Shown here piece by piece: positions 8,904 through 17,520 of a DNA stretch of 64,000 nucleotides. Below the pieces are notes generated by a model. The model was not told the origin of the DNA. It worked only from the letters and a program-made list of their open reading frames with translations, and ran no database searches. The position numbers and the translations under genes are program-made. How positions within the stretch are numbered: the first letter of the stretch is position 1; the number at the start of each line of letters is the position of its first letter. Origin of the DNA: an uncultured Marinicella sp. (lineage in GTDB: Bacteria > Pseudomonadota > Gammaproteobacteria > Xanthomonadales > Marinicellaceae); contig CAYGPU010000002.1 in the NCBI GenBank assembly GCA_964352015.1, positions 46,419 to 110,418 of the forward strand, read 5' to 3'.

Positions 8904-8933
8904 TGGAACCAAAGAATGGTGCCCGGGAATGGA
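8904..8933. repeat. Proximal att site overlapping the tRNA-Leu 3' end
   Basis: Partner of 2866-2894; covers the last 17 nt of the tRNA and 13 nt downstream. Confidence 0.85.
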
Positions 8934-9003
8934 ATCGAACCATCACGGTATTTCTACCGGGGGATTTTAAGTCCCCTGCGTCTACCAATTTCGCCACCCG
9001 GGC
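8917..9003 (-). tRNA. tRNA-Leu(TAA)
   Basis: GCCCGGG acceptor stem, anticodon loop CTTAAAA, long variable arm, GGTTCGATTCC T-arm, encoded CCA. Confidence 0.97.
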
Positions 9004-9258
9004 TTTTTTGCTGGCTCATGCTTCGTGAGTTCAGCAATCTCTGCGTCGAAACTTCCTTAAGCACATGCGTGCATGCAGAAGTTGTCTCCTTGATCTTGCT
9101 AACCTCACTGTGCATGAGCCTAGCAAAAAACTTTCCTTTTGATGATTGCTTATTGAAAGCATCATATCCTGCGTCGAAACTTCCTTAAGCACATGCGTGC
9201 ATGCAGAAGTTGTCTCCTTGTCTCTGCTAATCTCAAAAAACCCTGAGCTTAGCAAAAA
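9004..9258. repeat. Composite repeat: two identical 52-bp cores (9041-9092, 9169-9220) with three related hairpins (9004-9037 inverted, 9096-9130, 9225-9258)
   Basis: Core ctgcgtcgaaacttccttaagcacatgcgtgcatgcagaagttgtctccttg occurs twice; hairpin consensus ttgct-a-x-ctca...tgag-x-tagcaaaaa. Confidence 0.85.
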
Positions 9259-9388
9259 TTCCTTTGGCTGTTTTCAATTGAATCTTGAGATTCTGTTGAA
9301 AACGGCTTTGTATTTTAGTTTAAAAATATGTGCTGTAAAAGGTTTTAATTCTTTTAGTTCACATGTTAATTAAACGCCATTTAAAACA

Positions 9389-9462
9389 TGGAGGCTGAAC
9401 CCGGAATCGAACCGGGGTACACGGATTTGCAATCCGCTGCATCACCACTCTGCCATCCAGCC
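9389..9462 (-). tRNA. tRNA-Cys(GCA)
   Basis: GGCTGGA acceptor stem, anticodon loop TTGCAAA, GGTTCGATTCC, CCA end. Confidence 0.97.
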
Positions 9463-9566
9463 AGCGCCAGTTTTAAAGGGTCTTTCTTTCGAAAGTTGGG
9501 TTATTCTCGCTAATTATGAGGTGCAAATCAAGCATCTTTGCACATCTAGTAATCAGTAGAAAATAA

Positions 9567-9598
9567 AAAGGGCTGTAAATGTTGTGTTTACAGCCCTT
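9567..9598. other. Stem-loop in the tRNA-Gly/tRNA-Cys spacer
   Basis: aagggctgtaaa-tgttgtg-tttacagccctt, a 12-bp perfect stem. Confidence 0.6.
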
Positions 9599-9606
9599 CA
9601 AAAATC

Positions 9607-9681
9607 TGGAGCGGGAAAGGAGGCTCGAACTCCCGACCCCAACCTTGGCAAGGTTGTGCTCTACCACTGAGCTATTCCCGC
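9607..9681 (-). tRNA. tRNA-Gly(GCC)
   Basis: GCGGGAA acceptor stem, anticodon loop TTGCCAA, CCA end. The pgsA-Gly-Cys-Leu order matches E. coli pgsA-glyW-cysT-leuZ. Confidence 0.97.
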
Positions 9682-9759
9682 TTAGAGGGTGCACATTTTA
9701 GCTTTAATGTGTTTATTGTCAAATAATTTTTCACAGAATTGGGTAATTATTTTTATGCT

Positions 9760-10314
9760 TCACGCTTTCATTAATGGCCAAGCTGCTCTGAGGTACTCGT
9801 ACATAGAATAAAGCGTTAGGCCTGCGGCGACATAAAGCAACACCAAACCTATGTTATACACCGGAATAAACCACAAGTCGGCCTCATAAAGTAGAAAGCC
9901 AATGGCGGTCATTTGGAACACGGTTTTAATTTTGCCTATCATGGCCACATTCACAGCACTGCGTTTACCCAGTTCTGCCATCCATTCTCGTAACGCTGAA
10001 ATGGTGATTTCTCGCCCCACTATGACTGTGGTGGCGATCACCATGAAAACAGTTGGGTGGTCTTGTAGTAAGATAATCAGTGCGGTGGTGACGGTTAATT
10101 TATCGGCCACAGGATCTAGGAATGCACCCAGTTTCGATTCGGTTTGGTATTTTCTGGCGAAGTAACCATCGAGAAAATCGGTGATACTGGCTGCTACAAA
10201 CACCCAACATGCCACAAACCTCGACCATTCAAAGGGCAAGTAAAAAAACACAATCATTACCGGAATCAGTGCCACTCTGAGTAATGTTAATGTATTGGGC
10301 AAATGTTTTATCAT
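9760..10314 (-). CDS. pgsA: CDP-diacylglycerol--glycerol-3-phosphate 3-phosphatidyltransferase
   Basis: PNTLTLLR, TDFLDGYFARK and GAFLDPVADK motifs. Likely start MIKHL at 10314 (ORF track starts at 10350). Confidence 0.95.
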   Translation of the reverse strand: MIKHLPNTLTLLRVALIPVMIVFFYLPFEWSRFVACWVFVAASITDFLDGYFARKYQTESKLGAFLDPVADKLTVTTALIILLQDHPTVFMVIATTVIVGREITISALREWMAELGKRSAVNVAMIGKIKTVFQMTAIGFLLYEADLWFIPVYNIGLVLLYVAAGLTLYSMYEYLRAAWPLMKA

Positions 10315-10442
10315 GAGTTTATTTTTTATAGGTAAGCCTATTTTAACCACCCAAGCGGTAAAATGTTGGCATAAATTAATAAGTTAACAACAATTAACTT
10401 AAATATTTCCAACCAAATTATCTTTCTTTGCGTCTATGTGAC

Positions 10443-11000
10443 ATGAAATCTGAAAAAGTATACATCGAATATTTGGTTTTAAAAGCTCAAGCAGGAGAAA
10501 AACTACCAGCGGAGCAGCAGGTGGGCGATCAATTGTTCTTCACCTTGCGACCTAAAATCAAAGCATTTGTATTGAAGATATTGGGCAGTCATGAGGCGGT
10601 GGATGATTGTGTGCAAAACACCCTCTTAAAAGTTTTTGGTAAGTTGAAGCAGTTAAAACAGGTCAAAGCGGTGCATACTTGGCTGTATCGAATTGCTTAT
10701 TCAAGTTGTATGGACCATTGTCGAAATCAATGCTCAAAGACTGATACTGAAGCCGAAGCGGTTGCTGATTTGTCTGAGTTGGATCAACAGCTGGATGTCA
10801 AAACTGCAATCGCCAACCTGGCTGAAGCTCAACAAGCCATCATCTTTTTATTTTATTACGAAGGTTTCACTGTGGCTGAAATGGCCTCTATCTTGAATCA
10901 ACCGGCTGGCACCATTAAATACCAGTTATTTATGGCCAGGGAACAAATCAAACAACAACTCATTCAAACCAATCTAGCGGAGTCTAACCATGAATATTGA
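10443..11000 (+). CDS. ECF sigma-70 factor
   Basis: Region 2 (VDDCVQNTLLKVF...TWLYRIAY) and region 4 (FLFYYEGFTVAEMASIL..PAGTIKYQLFMAR). Confidence 0.9.
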   Translation: MKSEKVYIEYLVLKAQAGEKLPAEQQVGDQLFFTLRPKIKAFVLKILGSHEAVDDCVQNTLLKVFGKLKQLKQVKAVHTWLYRIAYSSCMDHCRNQCSKTDTEAEAVADLSELDQQLDVKTAIANLAEAQQAIIFLFYYEGFTVAEMASILNQPAGTIKYQLFMAREQIKQQLIQTNLAESNHEY

Positions 11001-11367
11001 TGAACAAATCAAACAAGCTTTAAGCGAAGAAGTCAAAGACATCAAGCACAACAACGATGTCATCGACGCCAATCCTTTTAAACAAATGAAGGCCAGTTTC
11101 AGTGGGAAAATGGGTTGGATATACCTGTTGGTGATGCTGTTTTCCACGCTGTTTGCTGTGGGTATGGTGTATTGTGGTTTCCAGTTTTACTATGCCCAAG
11201 AAACCAAAGAGTTAATAGGTTGGGGGATTGGCATCATTGTTTTGGCCTTGTTCACTCAGATCAGCAAAATGTGGTATTGGTCTGAAATGGGTCACAACCG
11301 GGTGATTCGTGAAGTCAAAGTCTTAGAGCTGCAAATTGCACTGATGAACGAAAAACTTAACCGCTGA
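10990..11367 (+). CDS. Two-TM putative anti-sigma factor (DUF6768-like)
   Basis: Overlaps the sigma stop; two TM helices; KMWYWSEMGHNRVIREVKVLELQIA tail. Family name is from memory. Confidence 0.7.
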   Translation: MNIDEQIKQALSEEVKDIKHNNDVIDANPFKQMKASFSGKMGWIYLLVMLFSTLFAVGMVYCGFQFYYAQETKELIGWGIGIIVLALFTQISKMWYWSEMGHNRVIREVKVLELQIALMNEKLNR

Positions 11368-13188
11368 TCATAAATATAAATTGCCAGTCACCACAAACTC
11401 AACCGCGATGGGCGCCTCAAGATTGTTGGCTTCAATGTCAGCTTGGTGGTAATCACAAATCAACTTGGCAATATACAGGCCCAGACCCAAATGTGGTTCT
11501 GGGTCTTTTTTGTGTCTGAACGAGGTCAATGAGTCAAACAGTTGGTGGCGTTTTTCTGTTGGAATTTGAGAGCCGGTATTGATCACTTTCAGTTGGTAAT
11601 TCTCGTTTTCATGGCTCAGCAGTAATTTTATTTGATCTGACTCAGTGGTGAAGTCCAATGCATTTTGTAGTAATTTATCAATCATTTGAGCCATCAACTC
11701 CTGTGAACCCTTGATCATGATTGGACCTGTGCTGCCATAAAAACTGATGTTTTTGGCTTGTGAGCGATAACCTTGGGTTAACTCATTGAGTAATTGATTG
11801 AAGTCAAAAATTTCAGGTTCAGTTTCAGCAATCACCTGTTTTAATTGGCTCAGGGCGCTCAATTGGTTCAAGATGAATTTCAATCGGTGGTTGGCATTCA
11901 ATGCCCGCACAACAAACTCATTATCAGGCTGTTCCATTTGCAGGTTTTCCAATGACGTGTGCACAATGCTGATGGGGGTTTTCATCTCATGTGACAGTCG
12001 ACTGCCCAATTGTTTCAGGTAATCTGTGTAGTCGTTGATTTGGTGCAATAAACCAGACATGCCCCGGGATAAGTCACCAATCTCATCTTGTGCCTGATTA
12101 GACGGTAATGCAGTGTGGATTTGACCTTGATCGTCTAACACGGTTTGTAGGTTTTTGTTCAGCCGTTTGATGCGCCATGCCAGCACCAGTGCAAACAAAA
12201 AATAGGCCAACAATAAAACCAACGCGATGATAAAAATCCACAATACTGAACGGATAAAAGTCTGAATCAAGGCGGCTTGAGCGGCATTGTGTTTAACGGC
12301 TAATTCAATTTCACCGGCATTAAAAGCTTGGTTGACACGCTGGCCAAAAAAATGACTGCCATCGGCTTGACTTTGATCAAAAGCCAGCTCATAAATCAAC
12401 TCAGTCACCCAGTTGCTGTCAGGCGGTACAGACTCGGTTTTTTCGGTTTGGTAATAAGTTCTGCTTTGTGAGTCTTGTAATTTTATGCCGCCATCTTCAG
12501 GCGTGATTTGTTGCAAAAACGCTTGCCAGTGAGGCTGTGGCTTGAATATGGCTTGTAATTGAATCTGATCACTGTCTTGATGCCCTGTGGCATAAGACGT
12601 CTCTGGACTTGTGTGGTTGATGGCGACCAAGCCCAGGCGGTTTAATTGCTGACTCATGAGTTCGATTTCAACTGCATAGCCCGAGGCGGTTTCATGCCAG
12701 TAAGCTTGGTAGTTATTTTGGCTGAAGGGTTTGGGTACCGGTCCTTCTGCTTGGCGATTGATGGTCAGTTTAGTGATGCCGCGCGCTTCACCCACAGCAA
12801 CCATGAGGCGGTCGCCAGTTTGATTGGGGTTGGCGTAAATGCTGTTGTCTAAAACCTCAACCCATAAATACCACTGTTGTTGATGGCTGCCCAGCTTGAA
12901 TTTAAATTCAGGTGTGACCTCATACCACGGCACTTCAGTCCATTCATTGGGGTTGCCGTCTGCTCTCACATCAGCGCTTAAAACTGATGGAATCAGGCCG
13001 GTTAATTCATCCGGTCGGTCTGAATTGAATTGTTGGACGCTGTTGACAATCAGTTGTGCCTGATTGGCTGCCGCTTCCAGCATGTTGTTTTGAAAGGTTT
13101 GGTTCAAAGATTTAAAAGCTTGCCACACCACCCAAGGGAAACTGAGGCTAAGTACAGCAATGAGGGTTATTTGCCATTTGAGTTTCAT
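11368..13188 (-). CDS. pdsS: Sensor histidine kinase, PdsS-like (proteobacterial dedicated sortase system type)
   Basis: N-terminal TM, large periplasmic domain, HAMP, YTDYLKQLGSRLSHEMKTP H-box and HLGLGLYIAK G-box. Confidence 0.75.
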   Translation of the reverse strand: MKLKWQITLIAVLSLSFPWVVWQAFKSLNQTFQNNMLEAAANQAQLIVNSVQQFNSDRPDELTGLIPSVLSADVRADGNPNEWTEVPWYEVTPEFKFKLGSHQQQWYLWVEVLDNSIYANPNQTGDRLMVAVGEARGITKLTINRQAEGPVPKPFSQNNYQAYWHETASGYAVEIELMSQQLNRLGLVAINHTSPETSYATGHQDSDQIQLQAIFKPQPHWQAFLQQITPEDGGIKLQDSQSRTYYQTEKTESVPPDSNWVTELIYELAFDQSQADGSHFFGQRVNQAFNAGEIELAVKHNAAQAALIQTFIRSVLWIFIIALVLLLAYFLFALVLAWRIKRLNKNLQTVLDDQGQIHTALPSNQAQDEIGDLSRGMSGLLHQINDYTDYLKQLGSRLSHEMKTPISIVHTSLENLQMEQPDNEFVVRALNANHRLKFILNQLSALSQLKQVIAETEPEIFDFNQLLNELTQGYRSQAKNISFYGSTGPIMIKGSQELMAQMIDKLLQNALDFTTESDQIKLLLSHENENYQLKVINTGSQIPTEKRHQLFDSLTSFRHKKDPEPHLGLGLYIAKLICDYHQADIEANNLEAPIAVEFVVTGNLYL

Positions 13189-13227
13189 GGTTTGGGTGTG
13201 TGATTGATGTTATCTAGGCTCAACTGC

Positions 13228-13944
13228 TCAAGGTTTCCAACGGTAGCCCATGCCATGCACCGTGTCAATCTGATCAAAACTTGAGTCGGCTTTTTGGAAT
13301 TTTTTTCTGATTCGTTTGATGTGTGATGTGATGGTGCTGTCATCCACATAGACATTGGCATCTGACATCAGTTGATCACGGGTTTTAACCTGTCCTGGGT
13401 ATCGTGCCAAAGATTGCACCATCCAAAATTCAGTGACGGTTAAGTCTATCAGTTGTTGTTGCCAAAAAATTTGTAGGTTATCAAGCAGTATTCTTAACTG
13501 GCCATTTTCAATGGCAGACTCATCAGCTCCCGTCTGATTGGCTTCCTGGCGTCTGAATAAACTGGCCAAACGGGCCAATAAATGAGGCATGGATATGTCT
13601 TTACTCAAATAATCATCTGCGCCCAGGCGTAAACCTGAGACCACATCTATTTCATCGTCTCTGGCAGTCAACATTAATATCGGCAAGGTGGCTGATTGGT
13701 GGCGCAACATGCGACACAGTTCAAAGCCAGCATCAGCCTGATGTCCCAAGCCTACATCTAATATAACCAAATCAGGCAGCTGTTGAGCAAAATAGGTTTC
13801 AGCCTCAGCTTGGTTGCTGATGCCAGTGGTCAGGTATCCATGCTTTTCTAATGTGGCTTGATAATTGGCCAATAAATCGGCTTCATCCTCGACGATAACA
13901 ATCTGTTTGGGCTTCATGGGCTTGAAATTATTCGATTCATTCAA
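13228..13944 (-). CDS. pdsR: OmpR-family response regulator, PdsR-like
   Basis: IVEDE, LPDLVILDVGLG..DAGFELCR, GLRLGADDYLSKDIS.PHLLARL..LFRR and TITSHIKRIRKKF motifs. Confidence 0.8.
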   Translation of the reverse strand: MNESNNFKPMKPKQIVIVEDEADLLANYQATLEKHGYLTTGISNQAEAETYFAQQLPDLVILDVGLGHQADAGFELCRMLRHQSATLPILMLTARDDEIDVVSGLRLGADDYLSKDISMPHLLARLASLFRRQEANQTGADESAIENGQLRILLDNLQIFWQQQLIDLTVTEFWMVQSLARYPGQVKTRDQLMSDANVYVDDSTITSHIKRIRKKFQKADSSFDQIDTVHGMGYRWKP

Positions 13945-14336
13945 TTAATAGTAAATTATTGACAACTTTTGTGGTCAAACATTCGGAATTGTTACATTCA
14001 TTGTATAATGTTCCGTCTTCAATTGAAATCAAAGTGTACATTAACCCAGCAGCGTATTACCATGATTTCAGGGCCATGAGAAAACTTCCTATCAAGGTGT
14101 AGCTTGCAATTAACGGTCATGCCATTGATAAAAGCCACAACACTGAGTTGGCGAGTTCTTATGACCCCTAACTGATTGAATTTACTGGAATTAGTCTGTG
14201 CCAGATTGTCCGTAGATATGGTTGTCAGCACTTGATATAGAGTGGCTTAATCTGCGAGCTGATGCCTTGCTAGAAGCAATCTGGCTGAGACTGAAATTTA
14301 TGGTAATATGCTGCTTGGTCAATAAGATAATTAGAC

Positions 14337-16841
14337 ATGAGGAAGTTCTTAAAATTTACCTGGTTCATGACCAAACTTGGCTTGTTATTTGCTTTGTTGG
14401 GTGTGGTTTTTGTTTATGCTCTGTATAAATACTACGAGCCAGAACTGCCTTCAGTTGAATCCATCAAAGAGTATCGTCTGCAGGTGCCTCTGCGGGTTTT
14501 TACTGAAGATGGTAAGCTGATTTCAGTGTTTGGTACCAAAAGACGCATACCTGCATCGATTGACCAAATTCCACTGCAAGTTAAACAAGCTTACATAGCA
14601 GCAGAAGACTCAAGTTTTTATTCACACCCTGGTTTTGACATCAAAGGCATCCTTCGTGCGGTTTGGCAAATCGTAACCACTGGTGAAAAGCAGGGTGGCG
14701 GTTCAACCATTACCCAACAATTAACCCGCAATGTGTTTTTAACTTTAGATCAGACTTGGACGCGAAAAATCAAGGAATTGTTCTTGGCGGTTAAATTGGA
14801 ACGCACCATTTCCAAAGATGAAATTCTTGAGCTGTATTTAAATAAAATTGCTTTGGGTCACCGTTCTTACGGCGTGGCTGCGGCAGCTGAAGTGTACTAC
14901 GGCAAAACTTTAGATGAATTAACGCTGGCACAGTCTGCGATGTTGGCTGCACCACCCAAAGCACCCTCAAGAATCAACCCCGTTACCAGCCCAGAACGTG
15001 CTTTGCAGCGAAGAAATTACGTGTTGGGTCGAATGTTAGAGCTGGGTTTTATTGACCAACAACAACATGATGATGCGGTGACAGAGGTGGATGAAGCTTA
15101 CGTGCATGAACCGGTGGTTGAAGTCAGCGCGCCGTGGGTGGCTGAAATGGTCAGAACAGAAATGATTGAACGTTATGGTGATAATGCTTATACCGATGGT
15201 TACGATGTAATCACCACCATTCACTCTGAGAAACAACTGGCTGCTGAATTGGCTTTACAACAAGGTTTACATGCATACGATCGAAGACATGGTTATCGCG
15301 GTCCGATTGAACGCTATGATTTGTCAACATTGCATACCGTCAGTACCACTGTTAAAAATCAAAGCGATACTGCTGATGCCCAAGTGGTTAATTTAGAAAC
15401 CATCACTGAAGCTTTGAACGGATTTCCAAAACCTGCAGGTTTACAAGCGGCATTGGTGTTGGAAGTTGATGCTGAACATGCAGTGGCCCGCTTGGGTGAT
15501 GGACAAGACGTTGCTCTGGTGTTTGAAACCAGTCAATGGGCAGTGCCTTATATTGACAATTACCGTGTGGGTGACAAACCAAAAGATTTGACAGAAATAC
15601 TTAAGGCAGGTGATGTGGTGATGGTCAAGCGGGGTGAATCAGGTGAGTTTGAACTCAGTCAAATACCTGCGGTACAAGGCGCGCTGGTCAGTCTGCGCCC
15701 GGATGATGGTGGTATTTACGCACTGGTCGGTGGGTTTGACTATTACTTAAGTAAATACAACCGGGCCACTCAGGCCAAACGCCAGCCTGGTTCAGGGTTT
15801 AAACCGATTGTATATTCGGGCGCTTTAGAGCATGGCTTGAATGCAGCCAGTATCATCAACGATGCGCCGATTGTGTTTGAGGATGATCAGTTAGAGCGAA
15901 CTTGGCGACCTGAAAATTACAGTGAAAAATTCTTTGGCCCGACCCGTTTGCGAGAAGGCATTGTGAGTTCAAGAAACCTGGTTTCGATACGGGTACTCAG
16001 AGATATAGGTATTCGCAATGGGCGCAATCATATTTTGAAATTCGGCTTTAATCCTGATGACGTCCCCAGTGACTTATCGATTGCTTTGGGCAGTCCCAAT
16101 GTGCCCATTATTGACATGAGCCGGGCTTTTTCTGTGTTTGCCAATGGTGGTTATTTGATTCAGCCTTATTTAATTAATAGCATCACCAATCAAGCTGGTG
16201 ATGTGGTCTTTAAAAGTAATCCTGTCCAGGTTTGTTCTGACTGTCCAGAACCAACAGCCTTGGCCATGGATCAAACCAGTGAAACAGATGAGTTCGTCGA
16301 ATCAGATTTACAAAATTTAACCGCAGATCAAGGCTTGGCCATTGATGAAAATCAACCGGTTACCATCAAGCCTGCACCCAGGGTGATACCTGCTGACAAT
16401 CAATTCATTGTTGAAACATTCATGAAAGACGTGATTACCCGAGGCACTGGTAATAAAGCCATGGTCTTAGAGCGTCGTGACTTGGCGGGTAAAACCGGTA
16501 CCACCAATGATCAAATGGATGGCTGGTTCAATGGTTATCAACGCAATGTGGTGACCAATGTATGGGTGGGTTTTGATACCCCGCAACCGATGGGTCGTGG
16601 CGAAGTGGGTGGTCGTGTCGCTTTACCTATATGGATTGATTACATGAGGGTGGCGTTGGCCGATGAGCCTGCTTACCAAAGACCCGTTCCTCCAGGCATC
16701 ATTTCAGCCAGAGTCAATGCCGAAACGGGTAAGTTGCTACAACCTGGTGACACCAGTGGCTTGTTGGAATATTTTAAGGTAGGCCAGTTGCCAGAGGAGT
16801 CAAGCACTGAAGACAATCCAGATTATGATGATTTGTTTTGA
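14337..16841 (+). CDS. mrcA: Penicillin-binding protein 1A
   Basis: Transglycosylase motifs EDSSFYSH, GGSTITQQ and RKIKE; transpeptidase motifs SGFK, SRN and KTG. Confidence 0.95.
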   Translation: MRKFLKFTWFMTKLGLLFALLGVVFVYALYKYYEPELPSVESIKEYRLQVPLRVFTEDGKLISVFGTKRRIPASIDQIPLQVKQAYIAAEDSSFYSHPGFDIKGILRAVWQIVTTGEKQGGGSTITQQLTRNVFLTLDQTWTRKIKELFLAVKLERTISKDEILELYLNKIALGHRSYGVAAAAEVYYGKTLDELTLAQSAMLAAPPKAPSRINPVTSPERALQRRNYVLGRMLELGFIDQQQHDDAVTEVDEAYVHEPVVEVSAPWVAEMVRTEMIERYGDNAYTDGYDVITTIHSEKQLAAELALQQGLHAYDRRHGYRGPIERYDLSTLHTVSTTVKNQSDTADAQVVNLETITEALNGFPKPAGLQAALVLEVDAEHAVARLGDGQDVALVFETSQWAVPYIDNYRVGDKPKDLTEILKAGDVVMVKRGESGEFELSQIPAVQGALVSLRPDDGGIYALVGGFDYYLSKYNRATQAKRQPGSGFKPIVYSGALEHGLNAASIINDAPIVFEDDQLERTWRPENYSEKFFGPTRLREGIVSSRNLVSIRVLRDIGIRNGRNHILKFGFNPDDVPSDLSIALGSPNVPIIDMSRAFSVFANGGYLIQPYLINSITNQAGDVVFKSNPVQVCSDCPEPTALAMDQTSETDEFVESDLQNLTADQGLAIDENQPVTIKPAPRVIPADNQFIVETFMKDVITRGTGNKAMVLERRDLAGKTGTTNDQMDGWFNGYQRNVVTNVWVGFDTPQPMGRGEVGGRVALPIWIDYMRVALADEPAYQRPVPPGIISARVNAETGKLLQPGDTSGLLEYFKVGQLPEESSTEDNPDYDDLF

Positions 16842-16950
16842 ACTGTGTGCTTGTCTTCACATTATTGATAATCTATGCAACTATATTAATCCCAGTGGGC
16901 TAAAATAAAAAACTAATTTTTATTCTGTTTGAGTAACGTGTTTACGCATC

Positions 16951-17520
16951 ATGTTTAACCATCAAGTGACCGCATTGTTAAACCAATCCAATCTGGGTGA
17001 TGCATCAGCGCTCGATGATGTTTATAAAATTCTCTATCAAGACATCAAAGCGATTGCTGGTTTTCAGTTGCAACAAATCAAAACAGGTCAGACCATCACC
17101 CCAACTGTGTTGGCCCACGAATGTTACCTTAAAATGTATCAAACTGAGCGGTTGACAGTCGAAAACCGGCGACACTTTTTGAATTGTTTGGCTCGAGCTA
17201 TGCGGATGTATTTAATCGATGTATTGCGTGCCAAAAACAGTCAAAAAAGGCAGGCACAACACGTCGCTCATGGACTGAATGAGTTGGTCGGCACTGAGGA
17301 TGTTTCATACAACTTGATAGAAATCGACTTGGCTTTGAATAAAATTGAAAAAATCGACCAACAATTGGCAGAAATCTTGCACCATAAACTGATTTTTAAC
17401 TTAACTTTCAAAGAAATTGCATCGGTATTAAGCCTGTCAGAACGGCATGTGATGCGTTTATGGAAGCAAGCAAAAGCCATGTTAACTGTCATGTTAAGTG
17501 ACACCGTTTCTGATGAGTGA
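16951..17520 (+). CDS. ECF sigma factor of the kinase-associated type (ECF43-like)
   Basis: TITPTVLAHECYLKM motif, R.HFL...ARAMR..LID; overlaps the kinase gene start. Confidence 0.85.
   Translation: MFNHQVTALLNQSNLGDASALDDVYKILYQDIKAIAGFQLQQIKTGQTITPTVLAHECYLKMYQTERLTVENRRHFLNCLARAMRMYLIDVLRAKNSQKRQAQHVAHGLNELVGTEDVSYNLIEIDLALNKIEKIDQQLAEILHHKLIFNLTFKEIASVLSLSERHVMRLWKQAKAMLTVMLSDTVSDE

Larger units (their letters stand above)
2866..8933. mobile_element. Decayed tRNA-Leu-integrated genomic island (~6.0 kb)
   Basis: Flanking att direct repeats, a tyrosine integrase remnant near the tRNA end, AT-rich orphan cargo and a transposase. Confidence 0.8.

Noticed and set aside
2866-8933. Island as a prophage or satellite
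   Set aside because: No structural, replication or packaging genes are recognisable.
9041-9220. 52-bp direct repeats as a CRISPR array
   Set aside because: Only two copies, a 76-bp structured intervening segment, related flanking hairpins and no cas genes in the window.
8895-9694. ORFs 8895-9188, 9031-9255, 9146-9373 and 9473-9694
   Set aside because: They overlap tRNA genes or the repeat cluster and are best explained as spurious.
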